Positions 20,928 through 32,572 of a DNA stretch of 64,000 nt are shown piece after piece (position 1 is the first letter of the stretch; the number at the start of each line of letters is the position of its first letter). The position numbers and the translations under genes were made by a program. The DNA is taken from assembly GCA_964019335.1 (NCBI GenBank), contig OZ025682.1, positions 248,001 through 312,000 on the forward strand. Direction: 5' to 3'. The stretch comes from Diplonema japonicum. Taxonomy: Eukaryota; Protista; Euglenozoa: Diplonemea. Under the pieces are notes generated by a model. That model ran no database searches, was not told the DNA's origin, and saw only the letters and a program-made list of their open reading frames with translations.

Positions 20928-22532
20928 ATGGCGTTCACACTTCATGTAGGGTTGTCGATGATGGGGCGAAAGGATAACATAGAAGTTACATTCCCAACGA
21001 GGCCGTCCCTGCCGGAGCTGGTGCACAAGGTGTGTTCTTGTGGAAAATTTTAACCATTCAAAAGGTGCAAAACTTCATGCTGAGCGAGACCAACACAAAC
21101 TTCAACATTGACCAAGTGCGAATTTACGACGAAGTGCTTGGAAGGTGGGTGGACCTGGTCAGGGAAGACCAGCTCCACAGTTATGCTCAGGTATGACCAA
21201 AATGAAAAAAAAAATCCGATTTTTTTTTTTTTTTTTAAACAGCTGTACGCCTTCCAGCCTGACACGGCACACAACTGTGATTCCAGAGGCCTCCTCCCCG
21301 CACCCCGGCCTATTGGTGGTGCGCCCCCTAGCCAGGGCGGGTATGGAGCACCTCCTGTTGCATCCCCTAGCCAGGGTGGGTATGGGGGACACCCTGCTGC
21401 GTCCCCTGGTGCGTACTCTGGTGGACCTACCGGTGATCTCTTGAACCCGCAGCAGGCTCAAATCGACGCGCAGAAAGAGGCGGAGAGGCACAGGTTGATT
21501 GCTCAGCATCTGAATGGGCAGTTGGGTGGTGGCGGTCAGGGACAAATGCATCAGCCCTCCACACCGGCCGCGGGCTACACCAACTACCCAATCCCCAACC
21601 CTGCCTCCCCGCTGACCCCAAGAGGTGGCCCTCCTCCTGTTGACATGAACAGCCCTTCCCAGCACTCGCCAATTCAAATGACAGTTGGCGGGCCGTCGTT
21701 TGGCGGGCCAATGGGCGGACCTACTGGTGGGCCCATGGGTGGGCCTTCGTTGCCTGGGGTTAACCCGCAGCAGGCGCAGATCGACGCGCAGAAAGAGGCG
21801 GAGAGGCATCGAATGATCGCACAGCACCTGAACGGCCAGCTGCAGGGAACACCAACACACCCTTCGCAGAAAGGGGTGAACCTTAACCCGGCCCCGTCCC
21901 CGGTGCACCCTTCCCCTGTGCAATACATGGGAAGCCCTGCGACACCGGTGCATCCGCAGGGCGGGTATGATTATGATTATGATCAGAACAAGGAGGCGGA
22001 GAGGCATCAGATTATTTCGCAGCATTTGTCGAGGCAGTTGGAGCAGAGCCCGCAGTTCCCGCCGCAGATGCCGGCGTCGCCTGTGACGCCTGTGCAGTAC
22101 TCCGGTGGGAGCTACCATCAGCCCCAGCCTCCTCAGCAGATGCAGGGCACACCTTTGCAAGGGTCGGGCAATGAAGCTGCGAGAGAGGCAGAACGACACG
22201 CGTTGATCTCGCAGCATTTGAACGCCCAGCTTGGTGGTGGTGGGCATCCTCCCGGTCCTTCAACCACCCCGTACAACACCCCTACACATTACCAGCCCGG
22301 GATGGCAGGTGCTCCTTCTCCTGCCCAGCCTCACGCTGTCCCGTTCTCGCCGGATCAGAATATCCAGCAGAACTGGGCTAGCTCGCCTTCTCACCTTCCC
22401 CCTCAGCAGTCGCCTTCTTACATGCATCACCCCCAGCATGAGTTCCACCAGGGTCCCAACGAGTCCGCGAAAGAGGCAGAGAGGCACCGTCTTGTTGCGC
22501 AGCACCTGAACCAGCAACTTCATGGTCGTTGA
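20928..22532 (+). CDS. BILBO1 N-terminal-domain protein with Q/P/G-rich tail, 505 aa; join(20928..21029,21065..21190,21243..22532)
   Basis: The spliced N-terminus MAFTLHVG..NIEVTFPTRPSLPEL..IYDEVLGRWVDLVREDQLHSYAQLYAFQP matches the trypanosome BILBO1 NTD pattern (FPSRPS..EL, WVDL..EDQL...QLYVFQP). Five (K/R)EAERHxxIxQHLxxQL repeats follow. Confidence 0.8.
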
Positions 22533-23146
22533 AACGATGTTTTCAAAAAAAAAAAAAAAAAAAAAAAAGAAGAAGAAGTAGTAAAGATTTTGGCTTTTTT
22601 AGATTTTTCTTTGTGTGTGTTGTGTGTTGTCTTGTAGGATCCCTGCCTTTCGAGTTTTCAAAAAAAAAAAAAAAAAAAAGAAGTGGTGCGTTAAAAAAGT
22701 ATCCTCCCCCCTTTTTTTTTATATATCTGTTTGTATTTTTTTTTAAGAGACCCATAGAAAATAGGGGCACAAGAAAAAAAAAAAGGAAGAAGCGTTCTTA
22801 ATTGAAAGGTTTGCGGTTTCGCTGTTTTTTTTTTCTTTTCATTATTTTTGTTTTTTTTATTTCCTACCCCTTCTCTCTCCCTCCTTCCAACGAATCCCTT
22901 GTTTGTACACCAAGTCCATCCCCCCCCCTTTTTTTTATCCCCCCTTCCATCCAGTCACACATTCCCCGCCCTCTTCCTTATGTTGCTCTTTTTTTTTCTT
23001 TTCTTTTTTCTCCGCTTGTTACCCCCTACTCATTTTTTCTTCTTTCTCTTTTTTCATCATCTCTCTAAAGGGTTGTGGGGAGCGAAGGGCCCGAAGAAAA
23101 AGAGGGTGGATGTAAAAAAAAAAAAAAAAAAAATCCTTTTATAAAA

Positions 23147-25129
23147 ATGTCGGCATTAGAAGAAGAAGGGCAACTTACGAAAAGCGAAGAAGATGAGAGA
23201 GAGAGAAGACTGTCAACAAGTGTGGACAGCGCTGACTTCGCACAGGCCACGGGAACGGGTGGCGAGGCTGACAAAATGGCTGGCACAGATATTTCAAATG
23301 CGGGAAACGCCAACCCGTTAAGCAACACCATAAACCAGATCCTTATGCACGAACCGACACCTGCTAAAGAAAAGACAAGAAAGGAATCCGTGAACGAACT
23401 CCTGTCGGACCCAACCTCCTCAAGGGCAGCAAACATTGTTGCAGGAGTGTCCATTACAGCAATTGTAGCATCTACAATAGTTCTGTGTGCCGAAACAATG
23501 CCTGCGAACCAAGCCGACACACGTAACGGCGACGGCCCGTGGTTCGCACTGGAAACCTCGTTTGTAATATTCTTCACATCAGAATTGTTTTTAAGATGCT
23601 GGGCGGCACCGGATCGTTCAGCGTTCGCAAGGTCTGCGTTGAACATTCTTGATCTTGTAGCGATTCTACCTTATTATGTTGAAGTGATGACAGGATCATC
23701 TGGAAACGCTTCTGGTTTCCGTGTTTTACGAGTGATAAGAGTTGTCAGAGTGTTCAGGCTGCTCAAGGTGGCAAGGTATGCCGAGGGCATCCGATTGATA
23801 TTAGTTGTAATGGGAAAACTCGGTGACGTCCTGGTTTTAGTTTTGTTCGTGATCACAATGTCTTTGGTGCTGTGGGGAACATGTATGTTCTTCGTGGAGG
23901 GCGGGACCATCTCACGCTTTGACGCCACCATCGAAACCTGGTTTAGAAGACAAGTAGATGCATTGGGGGAACCTGAAAGTTATTCACCTTTCCAATCCAT
24001 TCCCGCCGCGTTCTGGTGGACGGTGTCAACGCTGACGGTTGTCGGTTACGGCGATGAGATCCCATATTCCCCGGGAGGGAAGGCTTTGGCAGCAGCCACC
24101 ATGTTGTCCGGAACATTTATCATCGCAATTCCCGCGTCGGTTTTCGGGTCCAATTTTCTAACAGAATACCATCGGCGTACCCATGCCAAATCGCAGTCTA
24201 AAAGAATTGTTCAACAGCAGCATTCCGATTCTGTTGTGAAGTTGATCTTTCTGGTCCAAGCCGGGGAGTTTCCACGGAACACCACCGACCTTGTCGTTTC
24301 CAACCTGCTGTGGTCCGAAGAGTACACGAGCAAGGCGCTTGCGCTGGCGGAGAAATTCGAATGGGATGTGACACAAGATGTTGTGGACTTGCTGGTGAAA
24401 CTCGCTCCTCCTGGGAGTCCAAAAACATCGTCAGATTCAGAATTCTACAGTATAGGATCCATGGGGATAGAGAGTTTGGTTGCAATGGGGCAAGCCACTC
24501 CTGAATCTAACTCATTGTCGGTAAACGACAGTACAGTTTTGCAGAGGTCGAGGTTGCGGAGAAGGTTGTCGAAGATCCCGACGGGGAGTGATGGGAGGAG
24601 GCCGACGCTGCCGCAGGAACGACGACGGTCGACGATACCGCAGGATGATTTGGTGATGAGCTCGTTGTTGAAACGATCGAGCTTTTTGTCGGACGGCCCT
24701 CCTGTGAGGCGGTCGCATCCTCGACCTCCCCGAGTGAAACGCGCCACGTCACACCCTGAGGTTGTCATTCACCCTGCAACCCCAGAGGGGCGTCAGCACA
24801 CTGGATCGTCCATCACACCTGTAACTATGTCTATTGATGCTGATAGAGTTTCGAGCGTGCCGTCCACCGAGTCGGAGGGATCGTCTTCTGGGCAAGAGGT
24901 TGATAAGAACAGTCGCCAACAGGTTTCCCGTGACGTTGCCAAGGAGTTTTCCTTCCCCGAGCTGGTCATACACCCTGCCACCCCTGATGCTGAGCTTCCC
25001 GAGCATTATACTTCGCTGGCTGCCGCTCCGGGGTGTCTCAGCATCGATGCGGAACGCGTTTTCAGCGTGCCGTCGACGGAATGCTCCGAGTCTTCGTTGG
25101 GCGACGGGGAGTTGCTAGGAGTGGGGTGA
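23147..25129 (+). CDS. Voltage-gated potassium channel (Kv-like, 6TM), 660 aa
   Basis: NILDLVAILPYY (S3), FRVLRVIRVVRVFRLLKVARY (S4) and SIPAAFWW..TLTVVGYGD (pore). The C-terminal segment is duplicated (PEVVIHPATP..SIDADRV.SVPSTE). Confidence 0.92.
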   Translation: MSALEEEGQLTKSEEDERERRLSTSVDSADFAQATGTGGEADKMAGTDISNAGNANPLSNTINQILMHEPTPAKEKTRKESVNELLSDPTSSRAANIVAGVSITAIVASTIVLCAETMPANQADTRNGDGPWFALETSFVIFFTSELFLRCWAAPDRSAFARSALNILDLVAILPYYVEVMTGSSGNASGFRVLRVIRVVRVFRLLKVARYAEGIRLILVVMGKLGDVLVLVLFVITMSLVLWGTCMFFVEGGTISRFDATIETWFRRQVDALGEPESYSPFQSIPAAFWWTVSTLTVVGYGDEIPYSPGGKALAAATMLSGTFIIAIPASVFGSNFLTEYHRRTHAKSQSKRIVQQQHSDSVVKLIFLVQAGEFPRNTTDLVVSNLLWSEEYTSKALALAEKFEWDVTQDVVDLLVKLAPPGSPKTSSDSEFYSIGSMGIESLVAMGQATPESNSLSVNDSTVLQRSRLRRRLSKIPTGSDGRRPTLPQERRRSTIPQDDLVMSSLLKRSSFLSDGPPVRRSHPRPPRVKRATSHPEVVIHPATPEGRQHTGSSITPVTMSIDADRVSSVPSTESEGSSSGQEVDKNSRQQVSRDVAKEFSFPELVIHPATPDAELPEHYTSLAAAPGCLSIDAERVFSVPSTECSESSLGDGELLGVG

Positions 25130-25241
25130 AACGGAAAAAAAAAAAAAAAAGACAAAAAAAAATAATTGTGACATAAAAAAAAATTTTTTTTTTTTTGCTT
25201 TCTGAGAAAAAATTTTTGTAAGGGAAAAAAAAAAAAAAAAA

Positions 25242-25679
25242 ATGTTCAACGAGGATGCCCCTTCACACGTGACATGGATGGGTGACAATAAAACGGTCAC
25301 GATGACCGTCGCTCAGCCCAAGGACAAGCTGCTGGGGAAAAGCCGGGAAAAGCGAAGCGGTAAAATAAAATCTTGGAGCGCGCTGATCAGCCGGGAATTC
25401 GAAGAGATGAATACGGGTGTTGCTAAACCAAAAGGAAGGAAGACAAAGAAAATAACTACAGACAAAGTGGTAGAAGAACAAGCACTAATGCCCCCGAACG
25501 AGGCCACACGCGGGTTCGAGCCCGAGCCCGAGCCTGAGACAAAGGAAGAGGAACGGAAAGAGGAAGAACAGGAGAAAAAAGAAATTGAGCCAGAGAACGA
25601 AAAAGAAGAAGAAGAGGTAGAAAAAAAAGAAGAAGAGGAAGAAAAGAAAGAAGAAAAGAAGGAGGAAGATGATGAGTAG
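25242..25679 (+). CDS. Small hypothetical protein with E/K-rich C-terminus, 145 aa
   Basis: ATG after poly-A; coding-like 5' half. Confidence 0.55.
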   Translation: MFNEDAPSHVTWMGDNKTVTMTVAQPKDKLLGKSREKRSGKIKSWSALISREFEEMNTGVAKPKGRKTKKITTDKVVEEQALMPPNEATRGFEPEPEPETKEEERKEEEQEKKEIEPENEKEEEEVEKKEEEEEKKEEKKEEDDE

Positions 25680-26088
25680 GAAAAGGGGGGGGAAAAAAAA
25701 AGGAGAAGAAAAAAAAAAAATAGTGTTTTACTTTTCCCCCTCTCCTCACTCCGAAAAATGGGAAGAAAAAGAAAGCATTTCGCTTTCTCTTTTCCCCCCC
25801 TCTCGTTGTTTGTTAACCCCCTGCTCCCCCTCCTTTTTTTTTTTTGACTTTTTTGTTTTTTTTTTTCTCCTCTCAAACCCATAAAAAACTACGCATGCAT
25901 CGGGGTGTGGGGGGGAAGGGGGAAAATAATTTGGAAGAAAAAAAAATGGGGAAAGGGAAGGACGAAAGGGGCGACAAATATAAAAACACTATTAGTTTTC
26001 GCGCGAAATTTTCTTTATTCCCCCCCCACACAAAATTAAAAAACCCCCCTTTTTTTGACATTTTTTTTTACTTATTGTTCTTACACAT

Positions 26089-26124
<36 letters not shown>

Positions 26125-26135
26125 TTCGGAAGAAA

Positions 26136-27620
26136 ATGCAAAAATACAGTAGAAAGCCATTCACACGGGGGGATTGTGTGGTGATAGTGGACGCAACAAC
26201 AGCAAGATCTCGGCCGAAAACAATAGAAACGGCAGAGCAAATACAACAAAAGGCCAGCTTCATCGACCTCAGCACGGAGGGGACCGCAGCGAAGAGCCTG
26301 TTCGACAACGTGGAGCAAATAAATGATTCCGAAAGGAAGGAAAGGTCCTGCCGCGCCTGGGGCACAGTCGTGCGTGGAGAAGGCGAACAGGAGACCGACA
26401 CCACCGCCATCGAAGTTGTCGTGTGGAAGAAAGGCCGGGACCTCCTCGTGGGGAGACGAGAACGGACAACCTGCCACCCCGACAGCCTCCGCATGGTATC
26501 CAAGGAAACATTTTGGAAACATTGCAAAAAACCATACATGACACAAAGCCGCCACTACTTAACCAGACAAACGACCTCATGCGGCGGAGATGACTCAGCA
26601 CCCATCTCACTCATCGCAAGCCACACAAGACACATCGATCAACTCATAGAAAAAACCGACACTAAACGAAAAACAGTGGTGCTAGATGCAACATGCGATG
26701 GGGGCTACCGGTTAGGAGGTGCAAAGACGAAACTGGGGATCCTCTCTTCATACTCCCCATGCACACGAGACCCGCCTGACCCTTTCATCGAGGTTCGGGA
26801 TAAACTGCAAGGGATGGCGCACTTAAAAGTGTTCAAGGGGAACAAATCGACATCGGCATCAATAACAAGCGGGAACACAACGTTGCCACCAACATCGAAA
26901 ATCGAACCTATTGTGCTCGAGGAGAAAATCCCCTGCCAAGAGCACCATGAGAGGCGAAATAGAGAGCTTGCTGTGCAGCAGCGGCGGACGGTTGCCAAGC
27001 TTCAAGCAGAGTTCACTTCGCGTCGTGCGGTTTTACTGAAAAGTTTGACGGGTTCTGGGATCCATTCGCTGCCTCAACACCTCGATCGGGATGAAGAGGG
27101 TGTCCTGCAAGGGTTTTCAAATGGTGTCTTCACCGTAACCGTTCCAGGCTGCGCCACCCCGTGCAATTTCATCCTGCGTGGCTTGTCGTACCCATTTGCA
27201 ACAACGCTTGACGAAGTAGGCCGCCTCATTGCTTCGATGTCACCCTCGACTGTCTGTTTCCGGGCTGAACGGGCTGTCCCTCCAAATACTCTAATCGGGG
27301 ATATATTCGCACATAAACTTTCGATGTCCGCAAAACTGCTTACGGCAGGGCTCGCAACGCTGAGCTCAGAGGGGCTTGGCGATGCAGCACTGCAGGGGTA
27401 CCAAGACAAGGCTCTCAAGAACGGGCACGGGTTGTGGTCGTCGGGGTTCAAATTCACGCAGGTGCAGCAACAACAGCAGCAGCAACGGCAGCAGCAAGAA
27501 GCGGTTGAAAGCGAGGCGGGGCTCCGGCAACCGCAGCAGGAACAGAAGCACAACATGACACCGCTCTTCGACGAATTCTTTGGGTCAAACGCATATGTGG
27601 AAATGTGTAGATTGAAGTAA
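26136..27620 (+). CDS. Hypothetical protein with degenerate C-terminal staphylococcal-nuclease-like domain, 494 aa
   Basis: FILRGLSYP ... LIGDIF ... AKLLTAGLATL ... YQDKALKNGHGLWS resembles the SNase fold signature. Confidence 0.6.
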   Translation: MQKYSRKPFTRGDCVVIVDATTARSRPKTIETAEQIQQKASFIDLSTEGTAAKSLFDNVEQINDSERKERSCRAWGTVVRGEGEQETDTTAIEVVVWKKGRDLLVGRRERTTCHPDSLRMVSKETFWKHCKKPYMTQSRHYLTRQTTSCGGDDSAPISLIASHTRHIDQLIEKTDTKRKTVVLDATCDGGYRLGGAKTKLGILSSYSPCTRDPPDPFIEVRDKLQGMAHLKVFKGNKSTSASITSGNTTLPPTSKIEPIVLEEKIPCQEHHERRNRELAVQQRRTVAKLQAEFTSRRAVLLKSLTGSGIHSLPQHLDRDEEGVLQGFSNGVFTVTVPGCATPCNFILRGLSYPFATTLDEVGRLIASMSPSTVCFRAERAVPPNTLIGDIFAHKLSMSAKLLTAGLATLSSEGLGDAALQGYQDKALKNGHGLWSSGFKFTQVQQQQQQQRQQQEAVESEAGLRQPQQEQKHNMTPLFDEFFGSNAYVEMCRLK

Positions 27621-27764
27621 AGAAAAAGAAGAAGGAAAAAAAAAGGGGGGGGCCTGTTTCTTACGAACAGCAAACAAAAAAAAAAAGTCGCCCCCTCCCT
27701 TTTATTTTTCTAAAATGTCCAATCACCAACACACCGCACAGTTTTCTTTTCTTGCTTTAAAAAA

Positions 27765-27795
<31 letters not shown>

Positions 27796-27802
27796 CACAA
27801 CT

Positions 27803-28573
27803 ATGCATAAGCCTTCTTGGTGTGAGGGTGTCCCGGAACCCGTACGTATTAAGAGGGATATGAAGAATGGGGAGAAGTTCATGGATGACGAGGATATTGA
27901 TAGGATGAAAGAAAATTTTTCCTTCGACCCGATATCTCCCGAACCGCGGGATATGAGCGTGGAGGTGATGCCAAACCCGGACAGCTGGTACAAGACGGAG
28001 AGATACTTGGCTTTTGTGAGGAATGTGTTGAGCCAGGAAGAGTGCTTGCAGATCATTGCAAAGTGCAACGAGAAGCAATTCTCACCCTCGCTCATCAACA
28101 TCGGCAGGGGGAGGCAACAGTACATCCCCCAGTCGAGATCCGGGCTTCGCTGTATTATCGATGATGAGAATTTTGCGAGGTCACTACAGGCTAGGCTTGC
28201 AGAACACATTCCGCCGAAATGGGACTCCCGAGGTGTGAGCGGGATCAACGAACGACTTCGCGTCCTGTGCTATGAAAAACCTTGCGATTCATTCGAAGCT
28301 CACTTTGATGGTTGTTACACGCGTCCTATGGACCACCCCAAGGCTGGCGATTCGTCCAAAATCACGATCCAGATCTACCTCAACACGGTTCCCGAGGGTT
28401 GTGGGGGGTACACGACCCTCTTCCCTGATTCAGAGAACCCCATCAGGGTCAAGCCCGAAATGGGAGCCGTTCTGCTCTTCTCCCAACAGAACGTGTACCA
28501 CGAGGGGACCGCCCTGACCTGCGACGGCCTGAAGTATGCTTTGCGTACCGAGGTTATGTACACAAGGGGGTGA
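27803..28573 (+). CDS. 2OG-Fe(II) oxygenase (prolyl-4-hydroxylase-like), 256 aa
   Basis: NVLSQEEC, INERLRVLCY, HFD, IYLN, GGYT, HEG and KYALRTEVMY. Confidence 0.88.
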   Translation: MHKPSWCEGVPEPVRIKRDMKNGEKFMDDEDIDRMKENFSFDPISPEPRDMSVEVMPNPDSWYKTERYLAFVRNVLSQEECLQIIAKCNEKQFSPSLINIGRGRQQYIPQSRSGLRCIIDDENFARSLQARLAEHIPPKWDSRGVSGINERLRVLCYEKPCDSFEAHFDGCYTRPMDHPKAGDSSKITIQIYLNTVPEGCGGYTTLFPDSENPIRVKPEMGAVLLFSQQNVYHEGTALTCDGLKYALRTEVMYTRG

Positions 28574-29091
28574 CCCCAACTAGAAAAAGAAGAAGAAGAA
28601 AAAAAAAAAAAAAACTGGATGCGCTTTCATGCACCTCCTTTTTTTCCCTCTTTTAGACCACTAGCCTCTCCAGAGGGGGGAGATGCCATCCCGAACTATT
28701 ATGAGTTGATAATTTGAACTCGAGTTTCTCAAAAAAAAAAAAAAAAAACTTTTTTTTTCTATTCTTTTCAGCACCTGGAGGAGTCGCGAGATTTGACCCA
28801 AACTGAGATACCTAGTACTGCTGAAAAAGATTTTTTTTTTCAGGGGTCACCTGGTACTTGGGCACCCTCAAAATGGACTTTTTTTTTCTTTTTTTTGGAT
28901 TTTTTACACCCTTCCCCTTTTTTAGGCATGCGGCTTTCGTCTTCGGGGCCTGCATGTTAATTTGAATTTTTTTTTTCTGAGGTAAGATTTTCTTTCCTTT
29001 TCCCTCTTATTTTCTTCTTCTTTCATAAGATCGAATTTGAGAAATAAAAAAAAAGGGGGGAGGGGGAGGGGAGAAGGGGAAAGGCGTAACT

Positions 29092-30318
29092 ATGGCACAC
29101 CTTATGACAGTGACTCCTGTCGAAAAGCTGGCTGTGTTCTACAGCCAACTGGAGCCGGATAAACTCCCATCCATAGAGAGGACGGCTAACCATTACAGAG
29201 GAAGGGAGGAGGTGATGTACAGGAAGCTCGAAGAAAAGTACGGGGTTTGGAGGTACTTCGAAGTTTGGACAGCAATCGAAAATTTTTTCAGAAGTGTCTC
29301 CCCTGGGGAGGTCCTTACTGTGGGAAGCCTTATGAAGGAATGGTACGCAAGAGGTTTGGAAGACCTCATCATTTACTTGGAAAATCGATACGACAGCAAG
29401 TATTTCACACAACGAGCGCTGATACCTTTGAACGACGGGTCCAAGCACAGGACGCAAATCGAATCCATCTTCAGGCAGTTCGACCCAACTAAGTCGACTG
29501 ACTGCATAGGTGCCCTCCTCCAGGCCTATAGAGGCCATGAAGAAGAGCTCACGAAAATGCTTATTTTGAAATATAAAGGTGTCTCGCAATCTTCATCTTT
29601 AGACTTTTCCCCGTCAGCTTCTATCTCACGCGTTATCTCTCCTTACAGAGAACAACCGCATCCTGTCCCTGTCCCCTCTGTGCGCTCCGCCACCGAGTCG
29701 CCTCTTCTTAGTGTACGTATGTCGCCTCGCGCTCCTGAGCTAGTCCCGCACAGTAGCGATGCAGGGCTGCAATCCCATACAGGAAATGTGGCTGGTGGAC
29801 ACACCAACGCTGTTCAACAACGACAAACCCATTCCCCTTCTGTTCCGTCGTACGAAGAATGGGTCGGGGTTCTCGAGGCCATGCAAAGGAAGGATTTGTT
29901 AATAGCAAAACAGTCGGCAGCGTTGGAACAACAGATGGGCGCGTTAAAGGAAGAGCGGGAGAGGGGCATTAGAGGTGTGGTAATGTCCTCCCCGCCCCCC
30001 CCGCCCCCGCCTTCGGCGGGGGCGGGGGCGCCGACACCGGCACCGCAGGCTCTACCCGAACAATTATCAGCAGCCACACCTACGTCCGACATTGCCCAAT
30101 CGATTAACCACCAAGTGGACCTGACCGCTCTGGCAAAGGTGCTCAACGTTGATGTCCCGCCGTCCTTCCTCACCACCAACGACATGCTTTCACTGAACCC
30201 CCCTTCGGACACCACGTCGGTGCCGCATAACATGATCGAGTCGACCTCGCAGTCTGTCCAGCGCTTCAGAGAAGAAGCTTACGCGACAGCCGAGCGAAAC
30301 ATGTCGATTTACCAGTAG
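29092..30318 (+). CDS. Hypothetical protein with repeated YxGxEEEL..L..KY helical motifs and a Pro-rich segment, 408 aa
   Basis: Long ORF with internal repeats HYRGREEVMYRKLEEKY and AYRGHEEELTKMLILKY. Confidence 0.75.
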   Translation: MAHLMTVTPVEKLAVFYSQLEPDKLPSIERTANHYRGREEVMYRKLEEKYGVWRYFEVWTAIENFFRSVSPGEVLTVGSLMKEWYARGLEDLIIYLENRYDSKYFTQRALIPLNDGSKHRTQIESIFRQFDPTKSTDCIGALLQAYRGHEEELTKMLILKYKGVSQSSSLDFSPSASISRVISPYREQPHPVPVPSVRSATESPLLSVRMSPRAPELVPHSSDAGLQSHTGNVAGGHTNAVQQRQTHSPSVPSYEEWVGVLEAMQRKDLLIAKQSAALEQQMGALKEERERGIRGVVMSSPPPPPPPSAGAGAPTPAPQALPEQLSAATPTSDIAQSINHQVDLTALAKVLNVDVPPSFLTTNDMLSLNPPSDTTSVPHNMIESTSQSVQRFREEAYATAERNMSIYQ

Positions 30319-30480
30319 TTGATTTCTTTGTACCACCCCCCTCCACCACCATTTTTGTATACTCTTTCACCCCCCTTTTTTTTTGTATAATTTGTTTCTT
30401 TTTTTTTTTATATATTATATCTTACGTATTGTGATCGAGGGAATAAAAAAAAAAAAAAGAGGGGACGTCGGGGGGATCAA

Positions 30481-32465
30481 ATGCAGGACGACATATCGAA
30501 CCTAACACGGGAAGAACTGGTTGCAAAGATATCAGAGCTAGAGGAGGAGAATGAAAAATTGAAGGGTGTCGGGCAGACACGGGGGAGGGGTGTGGCCGTG
30601 GGACCGGGAGAGGCCGGTGCAGCTGAGGTCGATTCGCTTCGGGCCGAAAATGAAAAACTAAAAGAAGAGATTAAAAGCCTAACGTTGAACGTATCTAACC
30701 ACACGGCCGACCGGGCGGAGGTGGTGATGCTCAGCCAAACAATAGAAGATCTGGAAAACACCATCAGAATCCTAAGGAACGACTCGAAAAACACAAGAAG
30801 CAAACAGCAACAAACCCCCCCGCTCACACCTGAAACCCCGAAACTAGCACCATCCTCCCACAATCTAAAGGTCGCCAACATCGCCGCCGCCGCAGTGGGA
30901 GAAATCCACCCTTCCCCCGCTCCAAAACGTTCCTTAAACCTTGAAGGATATCTTCAAAAGCAAGGGGGTGGTTGGGGTCCTTTTAAAGCCCATTTCAAAG
31001 AGAGATATTTCGAACTTCGGGGTGCACAAGGAACTCTGTACTATTCTGCGAAAAAGGGTGGCGAGCAACTCGGTGAAATTCCCTTGGAACAAACTACATG
31101 CGCGGAAGCATCGATCCGACCCTTTTCGTTCTGCCTATTGGGACCAAACCTGCAGCGGAACTATATTCTCGCAGCGGCTACCGAAGCTGAACGGAAAAAA
31201 TGGATGGAGGCAATTACATATGCGGCAGCACACTTTACCAAGCAGGTCTGTGGTGCTGGGCAGCCTAGATCACCAGGGAACACCAGCCCTGTTCAAGGCT
31301 CGTTCTTAGGTAATGTTATCGAAGACACACAAGAAGCTTCATGTGTGTGTAACAGCACCGTTGTAGAGGCTACACCCACCCTTGAGGATTTCGAGCTGTT
31401 AGTTGTGGTGGGTGTAGGTTCCTTCGGGAAGGTGCTCAAGGTCCGTCATCGAAAGGACGGGAGGATCTACGCCATGAAAGTCTTGCAGAAGGACATGATT
31501 GTAAAGCATCATATGGTCACGCACACGAAGGCGGAAAAGGAAATCCTTGAGGCTTCGAACCACGCTTTTGTGGTGAAAATGCACTTTGCCTTCCAAACAA
31601 GGAGGCAGTTGATTTTTGTGTTGGATTTCCTCACCGGAGGGGAGCTTTTCTTCCACCTCGTCAACGAACACCGATTTTCGGAAGCCCGGGCGAAATTCTA
31701 CGCTTTCGAGATCGCCCTGGCCCTGCAACACCTGCACCAGCGGAACATTATCTACCGGGATCTGAAGCCGGAGAATCTGGTGCTTGATTGCGATGGCCAT
31801 GTTTGCCTTACCGATTTCGGGCTTGCAAAAACCCAGGTATTTTTTTTTTTTTTTTTTTTTTTTTTTCAAAAAAAAAAAAAAAAAAAGGTAACGGACTTAA
31901 CGCATACCTTTTGTGGAACACCGCAGTACATGGCTCCTGAATTGATTTTAAAGCAGGGGCATGGAAGGGTATTTCTTTTTCAAACATTTAAAAAAAGAAT
32001 TCTACACAGGCTGCGGATTGGTGGAGTCTCGGGGTGTTTTTATTTGAAATGATCGTCGGCGTGGTATGATTTAAAAAAAAAAAAAGAAAAAGGAAAAAAA
32101 AAAAAAAATTAAAAAAAAAGGCGCCATTCCCCAACAATGGGAATACACGGGAGCTCTACGAGGCTATTGTGGCCAAGCCCCCTCCGTTCCCCAGTTGGAT
32201 GTCACCAGAGGCTCGGCACTGCATCGGGCACATGCTTGCTAAGAACCCTGCTGACCGGATACAGTCAGTGGCTGGATTGGCAGCAACGCCATTTTTTAAG
32301 ACCTTGGATGCAAAAAAAATGGAGGCCAAGGAGTACCCCGTGCCCTTTAAACCCCAGCACCAAGGTGATGATACTAAATATATCGACGCTGGGTTTAAGA
32401 GGGAAAAGCTTGACTTGGGTCCGGACGCCAAGGAGTCGAAGGTTTGTGTTGGGAAAGGGAGAGGG

Positions 32466-32501
<36 letters not shown>

Positions 32502-32572
32502 CTCAGGATGGTGCTACTATTGTATTTGAGGACTTTTCCTTTATTAGAAGCCCTTCAGCCGATAAGAACTAA
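30481..32572 (+). CDS. AGC kinase, AKT/PKB-like (coiled coil + PH + kinase + hydrophobic motif), 625 aa; join(30481..31836,31888..31968,32010..32063,32121..32441,32507..32572)
   Basis: PH domain (LEGYLQKQG..RYFEL..RKKWMEAI), GVGSFGKV, AMK, YRDLKPEN, DFG, TFCGTPQYMAPE, DWWSLG and FEDFSF after removing four GT-AG introns. Confidence 0.92.
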
